A DNA stretch of 64,000 nucleotides from Flaccisagitta enflata. Taxonomy: Eukaryota. A program made the position numbers and the translations under genes. The notes under the pieces were generated by a model. The model had not been told where the DNA came from, made no database searches, and worked only from the letters and a program-made list of their open reading frames with translations. How positions within the stretch are numbered: the first letter of the stretch is position 1; every line of letters starts with the position of its first letter. The stretch lies in NCBI GenBank assembly GCA_965153355.1, contig OZ231126.1:34472001-34536000 (forward strand), given 5' to 3'. Positions 32,995 to 42,936 of the stretch are shown here, piece by piece.

Positions 32995-35900
32995 GAGAGA
33001 GAGAGAAGGGGGAGGTAGTGGGGAGTAGGAGACTGGTGATACGTAAAAAGAAAATTTGACTCGAAACAAAAGTCTTGGCAATAAATCTGTTTCTGTCGTT
33101 TATTGTTGGTTGATGAAAAGACGACTCGCCTAAAACGTTGAAAACGGGAAGTTGATAGTGAAGTGCACCCATCTGTATAACTTGGTCTTTCCATCCGTCA
33201 GTCCATCAATTATTTGTTCCCTTACTCTGTTTGTCCATCCAGTCGATCATTTGGTTGCTCTTTATCACTGCTTCCTTGTCATATAATTTTTTTTTTTAAA
33301 TAACTTGTCCTGCAATGAGTGACCCGGGGTCACAATATCATTGCAGATGAGTGGGCAGAGGAGTCAACTCCCATCTACATCCAAATTTCCCCCACACCCA
33401 ATCCAAAAAAAAGGATGTAAAATGGTTGTTTTTCCACTTATAGACTCAAACATTCCCGGCAGATCAATAGACAGATGGATGGACTGACAGATTGACATAG
33501 CAACAGACAGACAAACAAAAAGACAAAGCTCCTTTTTTATCATTGCCTCAGCCCATCCGCGCACGACTTGGGTAGCTATGTATCCGGCCGTTTTTTAGTC
33601 GCGTGCTTTGGTGCACTTAAAGGTTCTAAGCATGTGGTCCAGGCTGAGTCATACCGGTGCTGTAAGGTTGATCATCTTTCTGTTTACTGTTCACATGCAG
33701 GAACAACTATTTTTTAAATAACACTGGTTTAAATGAAAATGAAAATTGAATTTACAGAGGTGGGGGGGGCAATTTTGTGGATTTCTATTTTTTTTCATGA
33801 AATACTCCAATCAAGGAACCAAAAATTAACAGTGAGCTTTTTGCATTAAATGCAAAGTTCTATTTCAATTTTTTGAAGAAATCCAAGCATTTTTAAAGCA
33901 CAATGAATAAGAAATTTGTATCATTGTTTTATCACCCGTTTTTGGGCCTTTCAGGTACCCCAAACATCACCTACCATCATGATTCTTTTTTTCAGTCTCT
34001 TTCATCAAGAAGTATTCTTACCTTAAATTTTAGAAGGTTGGAGTCTCATTGATAAATTTCTTTTTACCAAACATAGCAAAAACAGGCCATTTATGGAAAG
34101 TCTTTTTGGTGCGTTTCTAGGGGCCCCCTTATAGGACCCTTAAACCATCTGAAATAGATTCACCATGCATTTTGAAATACATTTAACTTTTTTCCAGTTA
34201 CTCTTTGTAGAATTTTTCATGCAAACAGCCTCTTTACTTTTTTCATTAACCAGGTCATTTTAAACAGTACTAGCATTTTCAAAAAATATCTGCTTAAATT
34301 TTTTCTGGGACCTTTTAAGATACATGAGAAACCATTTAGAAAAAACAAGGCCAACACCTATAAGTCGCGTGCAAGACATAGATAACTTATGATGACTCAA
34401 ATTGACTTAAAATGACTTAAGATGACTGAAAATAACTTAAAAAGACATAAAATGATGATAAATGACTTATACGACTAAATTGACATAAGCAACTTGATAT
34501 AATGTAAAATGACTTAAAATGACTTACAATGACTTACGATAACTTAGAATGACTTAGAATGACTAAAAATGGCCTAAAATGACTAAGAATAACTAAAAGT
34601 AATAAAAAGAATAATGTTTGACCAACGGACTGATGGACAGACAGAGGGACGGACAAAGCGGGTTGTAGAGTCGCGTGCACGCGACAAAAATTGGATTCCA
34701 TGACCTTGAAATAGTGTTTACATGTGAGAAAACTAAAAAATTTGCTTATTTTGGGGCAAATTTTGTTTTTTTGAGTGTAATGTTACCATGAATCTGTTCA
34801 AAAGCTTTTTACATAAAATGAGAATCTACATTTCAAATTTTTTTGGAATCCAAGCATTTTTGGACGCGCAGTGAATAAAAAAATGATATCTTTATGTTTT
34901 ACGGGCCCCTTTTGGGCCTTTTTAGGTACCCCAACCATCATCTACCATCATGATTCTCTTTCCATCAGTCTCTTACATCAAGAAGTATAGCCCAAACAAA
35001 TTTGGAAGGATTGGGTCTCTTTAAACAAGACAATTTCTCAAAAAATAGCCAAAATAGGCCATTTTTAGCTTTTTTTTGGGGTGTGTTTCCAGGGGCCCCC
35101 TTGTAGAGCCCAAGAACCACCAGTAATGAATTCCCCATGCATTTTCTTTTTAATTTGTCTATTTTCCAGGTACTTTTAGTATAATTTTTCAGTTCTACAG
35201 CCTTGAAGTTACTAAATTGTGTTTTTTTTCATTTACCAGGTCATTTTGAACCGTAATAACTCGGCCATTTTTTGGAAATATCTGCTGAAATTTTTTCTGG
35301 GATCTCTCAAGATGCATGACTAACCATTTTCAAAAAAAAAATTGGATTCAGGGAACTTGAAATAGTGTTTTCATGTAAGAAAACTCAAAAATTGGGGGTT
35401 TTTTGGCCGAATTTTGTTTTTTGGAGCATAATTTCAACATGAAGCTGTTCAATAGTGGCCACAAAACTTTGCAGGAAGATTGTTGCATAAAATGAGAAGT
35501 TCCATTTCAAATTTTGTAGGAATCCAAGCATTTTTAGACGCGCAATGAATAAAAAAGTGATATTTCTATGTTTTACGGGCCCTTTTTGGGCCTTTTTAGG
35601 TACCCCAACCATCACTTACCATCATGATCATTTTTTTTTTCAGTCTCTTACATCAAGAACTATTACCACCAAAAAAATTTGGGGGTTGGGGTCTCATAAA
35701 GCAAAAAATTTTTAACAAAAATAGCCAAAATAGGCCATTTTTGGCTGTTTTTTTTGGTGCGTTTCTAGGGGCCCCCTCGAAGGGCCCTAAAAACATCAAA
35801 AATGGAATCCTGATGTAATTTTACATAGAAATCACTTTTTTTTTGCCACCCTCAACAATTTTTTTTTTCTTACAAGAAATAACGCAGCTAGCTGAAGATA

Positions 35901-36616
35901 TGCATGTGAGGGGGTAGACCAAAAGTATAACTTTCAGTTATAATTTAGGTATAATGAAAGTAATCGGTATAATTTTGGATTTTTTCCGCCATTTTCGCCT
36001 GTATAACTTGAAAATATCGATATAACCGTATATAACATTTATATAACCGGAATATAACAATGGAAAATATAACTTTGGAACCAAAAATTATAATATCAAC
36101 AAATATAATTTTCAGTTTTTTATGAGTGAATGAATTTGATTTAGTGTAATCAAGAGAATTTTTTTCTCCACAGAGCTGCCATACCCCATCGTCAACCCTA
36201 TATAACATAAGCATTATACACACACAGTTTCATTTTATTTGCGCAAATTGTACCGAGGATATGAGTGCCCCCGTATTTCCAAGTATAGACGACATCTACT
36301 GTAGGTAAAGAGGTGTATGCAACTTCACAACAGTTCACAATCATGATTTTTGGCTCGAACTTCAAGAAGCATGACCTGAGCTAGAATTTAGAATTTCAAG
36401 GCAATCGCATCAATATTTCAGAAATTACTACCTTTTTTATACATGAAAAGAAAAACAAACGTGTTTTTACAAATTTTAAGTTTTTTGAAAAAAAAATATT
36501 TTTCAAGGTATTGGATCTAGGCGAATTAAGTCATTTCTTATTGATTGAACCCCACTTTTGATTACCATTTTTCCAAAAAATATTTTGTAAAAACTCTTAA
36601 AGATCCGACGCAAGTA

Positions 36617-36792
36617 CAGTGGAACCCCGCAATAACAGCCTCGCCTTTAAAGAATCCCCATCAATAAAGGTCAACATTTTGAGGTCCCAAGTGGTAGTTT
36701 TTAATGTTATTTCACCTCTCTTTAAAGGTTACCCTGAGATAAAGGTGAAAAATCTTCAGTCCCAATGGGACCGATGAGGCGGGGTCCTACTG
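36617..36792. mobile_element. pogo/Tigger-like MITE
   Basis: TA|CAGTGGAACCCCGC ... GCGGGGTCCTACTG|TA. Relative at 45483-45659. Confidence 0.75.
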
Positions 36793-37262
36793 TATACTCA
36801 AAAAATTTTTTAAAGATTTTAGAAAAAAAAATTTAGGCAAATTAAGTCATATCCTATCTATTGCACCACACTTCTTTTTTCAATGAAAATTCTCTTTGAG
36901 AGCTCTTTTGGAGGGCCCTTAGGGGCCCCTAGGAAGTTAAAAAATTTGGCTTACCTAAAAAGAGCCGCATAAAAAATCAAATCTCCGTCAAACAAAACCA
37001 AGAACGGCTAGATCGGTGGTGATTTACGCCTGTTGTGACGCTTGACACTTCAGGGGGCAAGTTTATTTTTAACTAAGATGCGATCCCAGCCTTCTTATGT
37101 TGTAGCTCGTCCCCTAGGTAGGGTATCACTCATCTTATTATCCCCAAACCACAAATTTTTCATTCAATCACCTTTTTTGCTCCATTATGCACCTATTACA
37201 CACACGCACATATTCAATTTATAAGATGTCTTCCTTAAATTTTTCCTACTATTGGTTATCAC

Positions 37263-37972
37263 CAGCGGCGTAGGAGGAGGGACTTCAGGGACTTCAATTG
37301 CAGTCCCTGTTGTTGGGACACCAAAGTTGTCGGGACACCAAATTAGAAGAAAAGAAAGAGAAAAGAAGAAAAAAAAAGAAAAAAAAGGAAAAGAAAAAAA
37401 GAAAAGAGAGAGCAACAGACAAACAGATAGACAAAGAGGAAAAGTAAGAATATATTAGTCAATGCTATAATTGTCTTACATTACTGTGAGAACAAATCTT
37501 CTTTGTCACAAATATTAGTCAATGCTGCAATTGTCTTACATTACTGTAAATTAAAGTTATAAATAAAAAGTTAATGCTACAATTGTCATACATTACTTAA
37601 AATTAAAGATTAAAAGCAATTTATAAAGCAATCAAAATTCTGGGATATCAAGCTTATGTTAGTTTTAGGCAAAGAGGGATGTAGGGGAGCAAAGTAAGAA
37701 AAAAAAATGAAGATAGGTATTTAGGCACAAGCTGTGGCTGAGAGAAAAAAAAAACAATTTTCTCCTATACAAGGCATGATTAGGCCCCATCCCACTTATC
37801 CAAGATCTCAAAGAAAACAAGAGTATTGTAGTAAATACTATTTTTCACAATTTTCAAGCAAAAACTATATATTATTGTCTGTTGGGACACCAAATTTGTC
37901 GGACACTAGTTTGGTGGTTGAAGTCCCAAGAAATCGATTTCCGGATTTAAATCCAGCTCCCCTACGCCGCTG
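37263..37972. mobile_element. hAT-type MITE
   Basis: TIRs CAGCGGCGTAGG / CCTACGCCGCTG. TSD GTTATCAC/ATTATCAC (7 of 8 match). Confidence 0.8.
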
Positions 37973-38348
37973 ATTATCACAGAAATTAAATTAAGCTCCT
38001 GACGATGATTCCTGATATAAAAATTGCATGAAATTTATAAAAAGTTATTTTTAGTCGCGTGCTATGCGACTACACTCCACTAGGTTGGTCCATTGGTTAG
38101 TCCGTCGGTCGGTCCACTTTTTACTTTTTCGGCGTTTTTTTAGCTTTATGAGCCTACTGCTCCTGCCCAAATGCTCTAATGACCTTGTTCAGCACTGCCC
38201 CTGCTTATCTACACGGGACTGGCATAGCCGAGTAACCAGCCTTATTTTAACAAACCTCCACATTAGTTGAATGTGTGAGGTTGAGGGTTGACTTAGGGGG
38301 CGCTTTGTGTGACGTAATCAATGATCCATTCAAAACCTTTTACCAAAG

Positions 38349-38636
38349 GAGGAACCAGCAACGCATTCGCCGCAGCAATTCTGCTCCACTCGGCTACCCC
38401 ATCCACACAGGACACTACCCTGCCATTTGCGTTACGCAGCGCCCTCCTTATTACCCGCTGGCAACATACTCCGATGGATATGATCGCCATGGACACGATG
38501 CCATCTGTATCTCCTGGACGGCGCCTGTACTCATTTCTAAGTGTCACTTTCGGCTTAATCGCCGACGTGGACTACGCCAGTGAAAAACTTCGTTGGTGCG
38601 GCGCAAGTCGAGCTGTTTGTACTGGAATAGGAAAAG
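38349..38636 (+). CDS. SPHK: Sphingosine kinase-family exon (GGTSNAFA...LYSFLSVTFGLIADVDYASEKLRWCG)
   Basis: ccaaag|GA acceptor completes ILPGGTSNA across the 35-kb intron. Contains the SphK C4 motif FLS..G.IADVD..SEK.R. 288 nt, phase 1-1. Confidence 0.9.
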
Positions 38637-39733
38637 GTACATAGGCCAGAAGGCTATGTGCCTCACAATGGACTCACAATATCGCTGCGGACGGATGGCG
38701 CCCCATCCACACCCCCCCCACACACACACATTCACGGAAAGCATAATAAACACTCACTTTTCCACTTTCGAGTTTCGACTCGTACTTTAGAGTCGACGGA
38801 GGATGAAGAATGTGTCAATGCCCCAGAGGGCCGATGTCCTGTAGGACACGGGAGTGAATTTCCATATGTCCATTCATTCTTTAGTACCCCCACTACCCAT
38901 CCAGGCCCCAAATTAGCATTAGCATTAGCAAGTTGCCCCCAAGCCCTCAAATTACCCATCTGAGGCTACAATTTTGCCCTCCAGGCCTAATATTAGAGAC
39001 CGGACACGTAACTGTTCAAAACGCTGTGATCTATCGTTGAAAAATGTCTAATTTGTGCGTAAAAATGAGTTTGATATACATAAGATAAATAGTGAAAACA
39101 TGGTAAAAAGCTTTATATATGCTCACATGGGCAGATATACGTCAAAACACACCTGAGACAATCAAGCAACATCGAAAAAAACGAGAAAAAACAAGAAACG
39201 GAATCCTGAGAAAATGCTGAAAAAACTATCAACTTTGAATGAATAGAAGGGAGTCTCAAAATTTTTCCATACGCGCGATTCACACATATGTGATAGAGTA
39301 GACTTAATAATGTTGAAAACTGTTTTCAAAAAATATTTTCTCCAATGCGCACCCCTTCTTCCGATCGCATCTTTCCACAGCATATTTAAATGAAAACTAC
39401 TGAGCATGACAACTTCGGTCGAAGGAAGAAAGCAGAAATGAACGATTATTTTAATTCAGATTCCGTTTAGTTATTATTGTCTGGTTTGTATAAAAATTGT
39501 TCCCGGTCAATATTTCATTGAAGATATACTTTTAAAAATACCTTTTCAGGCTTATTGCATCAATTTTATCCGAAAAAGTAAGATAGAATTTTTAGGTATC
39601 CCCTTGCTACTAAAATCAGCCCTTCAGACTACATATCTGCCCTTCTGACCTTAAATCCACCTTCCAAACCTCTAATCATCCTCCAGGCTTCAAATCTGCC
39701 TTCAAGTTCAATGTCCTATATTAGTCATCTGAG

Positions 39734-40183
39734 CAGGCCTTTTTTTAGAGTGAGCCCGCGAGCCTGTGGCTCTCTATTTTGCTGTCAGGCTCACTTTTTG
39801 CTGGCCCTGAGCCCGGCGGGCTCTCACTGATTTGATGAGGCATAACCAATCCAAGTTAATCTGATCATTTTTGTAAAATTTCATGAAACGACTCTTAACT
39901 GTTTGCGAGTTAAAGTTTCATTCAAAAGTAAGAATCAAAAAAGGCCGGATACACAGCCACCAGTTGCGGGCGGGTGGGCAGAGGTGTTTTCCCACTTTTC
40001 AACTTGAGCATGACTGACGGACGGACGGACGGACGGATGGACGGACCAACGGACGGACAAAGCCTCTTATAGAGTTGCGTGTCCGCAACTAAAATACAAA
40101 TGCATTTTCTCTCCTGTCTCTATTCTAAAATTTGAACGGCAAATAGATAAATGAGCTTAGCATCTTCACTTAGAAAAGGCCTG
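39734..40183. mobile_element. hAT-type MITE (CAGGCCTTT family)
   Basis: TIRs CAGGCCTTTT / AAAAGGCCTG. TSD CATCTGAG/CATCTGAA. Left end is homologous to 61023 onward. Confidence 0.75.
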
Positions 40184-40410
40184 CATCTGAAGCCTGAAAT
40201 TTGCCCACTTAGGAACCTCAGGATGTCTGGAAATTCACCATTATATCATCCCGGACAACAACTCTAAATTTGAAGTCACTTCCTTGCTCTCACTCCTACT
40301 GATCACTAAGCAGGCATGGGGTAGCGCTGCAGCGCGCTGACCGTTTGCGATCCTTAGATAACTAGTTGAATAAGATGAATAACAAATAAATAACAAATTC
40401 ACTTCCTCAG

Positions 40411-40914
40411 TGATCAAGCTGAAAACGTACAAAGTCCGCTTTTCGCTAAAACCGGTAATAACTGCAATGAACCACAATTTCTCCAACAACGAGATGCCGT
40501 CCAAGATAAATCCAGAAGTTAGCAGCCGACTGAAAAGGAACCTTTTGTCCATCGTCAATCGCATGGAAGGCGGACGAAAGTGGCCACAGGAGACGTTTCC
40601 GCCGCGAAGATCTGGAGGCTGCGGCGACGACGTGGCAGGCAATGAATTTAATGACAATAACGACCGAAACTCCGTTTCCTACTCGGCACATTCAAATCGA
40701 CACTCACCGCCCCCACTCGGTTCACCGCCTCCTTCCGACTGGCTCACCGTCGAGGCGGAAGTTGTCAGCTGGAACGCGGTGAATACGTCACACATCGCCT
40801 CGGATTTTGTCATTTGTTCACCGGCGAGCATGAGCGACGGCGTGATCGATATTGTCGTCCTTAGGGCGGGCATCACTAGAGTTGACTTGATCAAAGCCAC
40901 AGCTGCCAAAATCT
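40411..40914 (+). CDS. SPHK: Sphingosine kinase-family exon (VIKLKTYK...SDWLTVEAE...SHIASDFVICSPASMSDGVIDIVVLRAGITRVDLI)
   Basis: ttcctcag| acceptor and T|gtaagt donor, 504 nt, phase 1-1. Matches the SphK C-terminal lobe. The final DGE-containing exon was not found in the window. Confidence 0.85.
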
Positions 40915-41055
40915 GTAAGTATGGATTTCGTTCGGCGTGATCCGTGATTATTACCCAAAATGGTTAATTGTGTGACACGCAGGGCCGGCGAGAGGGGGGG
41001 AGGGCGTCAACTCCACCGAAGGAGGGCCCCTGAGGTAAGAAAAAGAAAAAGAAAA

Positions 41056-41743
41056 TAGTCGCAAAAGCGTCAGATGGTCAGCGGTATCCGTTGCCCCTAT
41101 GTGAATGTATGTGGGTGTGTGGTGGTTAGAGGGGCAGCGGCCCAGAAGGGGCCGATGACCTATGCTGTTTTTATTTGAGCTTCAAGGCTGGAATTAGGGC
41201 CTGGAGGCTGGAATTTGGGCCTAGAGACCAGAATTTGGGCCTTGAGACCAGGATTTGGGCCTCAAGACCAGGAATTGGGCCTGGAGGCCGGGATTTGAGC
41301 CTGGAGGCTGGGATTTGAACCTCGAGGCTGGGATTTGAGCCTGGGGACTGGGATTTGAGCCTCGAGACTGGGATTTGAACTTTGAGGCTGGGGTTTGAGC
41401 CTCGAGGCTAGGATTTGAGCCTTGAGGCTGAGATTCGAGCCTCCAGGTTGGGATTTGAGCCTCCAGGCTGGGATTTGAGCCTCCAGGCTGGGATTTGAGC
41501 CTCCAGGCTGGGATATGAGCCTACAGGCTGGGATTTGAGCCTCCAGGCTGGGATTTGAGCTTCGAGGCTGGGATTTGAGCCTTCAGACTAGAATTTGGGC
41601 CTCAAGACTAGGATCTGGGCCTCGAGACTAGGATTTAGGCCTCAAGGGGGGGACGGAGAAGAAGGAGGAGGAGAAGAAGAAGGAGAAATTTCCCCAATGT
41701 GCGAAAGCATAGGTCATCGGCCCCTACGGGGCCGCTGCTCAAA
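41056..41743 (-). mobile_element. HINE/DINE-like repeat, family 2, with an internal 20-21-bp minisatellite
   Basis: Subterminal inverted repeat GGGCAGCGGCCC..GGGGCCGATGACCTATGC and internal (GAGGCTGGGATTTGAGCCTC)n. Inverted relative to the copy at 42203-42936. Confidence 0.6.
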
Positions 41744-42202
41744 AAGGAAAACAAAAACAAGTGACGTGGGTAGGGGCATCCAACCCCCATCCACAACCCA
41801 TGCCCCCTCAGCTGCCCTGAAAAAGATCCAAAACGCTAGTTTTTTTCAATTTTTGACTGGTGCGTTACAAACGGACTGACGGATGGATGAATGGACTGAC
41901 AGACAGATGGACAGACAGACAAAGCCTCTTATTAGTTGCGTGTCCTTAAAAACAAATGCAGAACCAAAAAAAGAGAGAGGAAAAAAAAACTTGGCCCCAT
42001 TTTCATTAAATAGGGCCAGCTTATTAGTGAAGTCTCATATCCCAAATATTCAAGAGATAAAGTGCATTTTACACTATTTAGATTGAAAAAAAAAGTGGCA
42101 CCTATTAATCAATTCAGAAAATAGATATAAAAGATAGTTTGAATTATTTTTACTCTACACCCCGCTAAGTCTGTCGGTCGGTTGGTCGGTCGGTCGGTCC
42201 CC

Positions 42203-42936
42203 TTTTTGGGCAGCGGCCCCGAAGGGGCCGATGACCTATGCTTTCACACAGGGGAAATTTCTCCTTCTCCTTCACCTTCTTCTCCTTCTACGTCCCCCCC
42301 CCCGGCCTTGGGACCCAAATCCTAGCTTCAAGACTCAAATCCTAGCTTCAAGGCTCAAATCCTAGTCTCGAGGCTCAAATCCCAGTCTCGAGGCTCAAAT
42401 CCCAGTCTCGAGGCTCAAATCCCAGTCTCGAGGCTCAAATCCCAGTCTTGAGGATCAAATCCCAGCCTTGAGGCTCAAATCCCAGTCTTGAGGCTCAAAT
42501 CCCAGCCTGGGGCTCCAACCCCAGTCTTGAGGCTCAAATCCCAGCCTCGAGGCCCAAATCCCAGCCTCGAGGCCCAAATCCCAGCCTCTTGGCTCAAATC
42601 CCAGCCTTGAGGCTCAAATCCCAGCCTCTTGGCTCAATTCCCAGCCTTGAGGCTCAAATTCCAGCCTTGAGTCTCAAATCCTAGTCTTAAGGCCCAAATC
42701 CTAGTGTCGAGCCTCAAATCCCAGCCTCAAAGCTCAAATCCCAGCCTCAAGGCTCAAATCCCAGTCTCAAGGCCCCAATTACAGCCTCCAGACCCTAATC
42801 CCAGCCTTGAGGCTCAAATAAAAACAGCATAGGTCATCGGCCCCTTCGGGGCCGCTGCCCCTCTAACCACCACACACCCACACACTCTCATAGGGGCAAC
42901 GGGTACCGCTGACCATCTAACGCTTTTGCGACTATT
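42203..42936 (+). mobile_element. HINE/DINE-like repeat, family 2
   Basis: Starts in a T-run. Sub-TIR pair GGGCAGCGGCCCCGAAGGGGCCGATGACCTATGC / GCATAGGTCATCGGCCCCTTCGGGGCCGCTGCCC. Conserved tail GGTACCGCTGACCATCTAACGCTTTTGCGACTA. Other copies at about 46170-46627 and 53060-53535. Confidence 0.6.

Larger units (their letters stand above)
29127..35912. mobile_element. Long-TIR fold-back element (CCC...GGG ends, 4-bp GGTA TSD), non-coding, superfamily unassigned
   Basis: GGTA|CCCTCACATGCATATCTTCAGCTAGC ... GCTAGCTGAAGATATGCATGTGAGGG|GGTA. Inverted arms of about 1 kb built from a repeated internal module. Confidence 0.85.
6122..36128 (+). mobile_element. Giant CACTA/EnSpm (CMC)-type DNA transposon with multi-gene cargo
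   Basis: 68-bp TIRs (6122-6189 and 36061-36128, 2 mismatches) beginning CACTC and ending GAGTG. AA on both flanks. Subterminal TATAAY/RTTATA clusters. Internal EnSpm-like transposase. Confidence 0.88.
5787..36301. mobile_element. Tc1/mariner-type MITE (about 0.5 kb) split by the giant CACTA insertion; halves at 5787-6121 and 36131-36301
   Basis: TA|CAGTAGATGTCGTCTAGACTTAGAAATACGGGGG ... CCCCCGTATTTCCAAGTATAGACGACATCTACTG|TA. A second inverted block, GGTTGACGATGGGGTATGGCA, is present on both sides. Confidence 0.75.

Noticed and set aside
6122-36128. Polinton/Maverick, Teratorn or endogenous virus interpretation
   Set aside because: No recognisable DNA polymerase B, integrase, packaging ATPase, capsid or helicase. 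The ends are CACTC with a 2-bp duplication, not (AG)-type ends with a 6-bp TSD or TTAA.
40980-41035. hAT-like left end CAGGGCCGGCG
   Set aside because: No matching right TIR or TSD was located.
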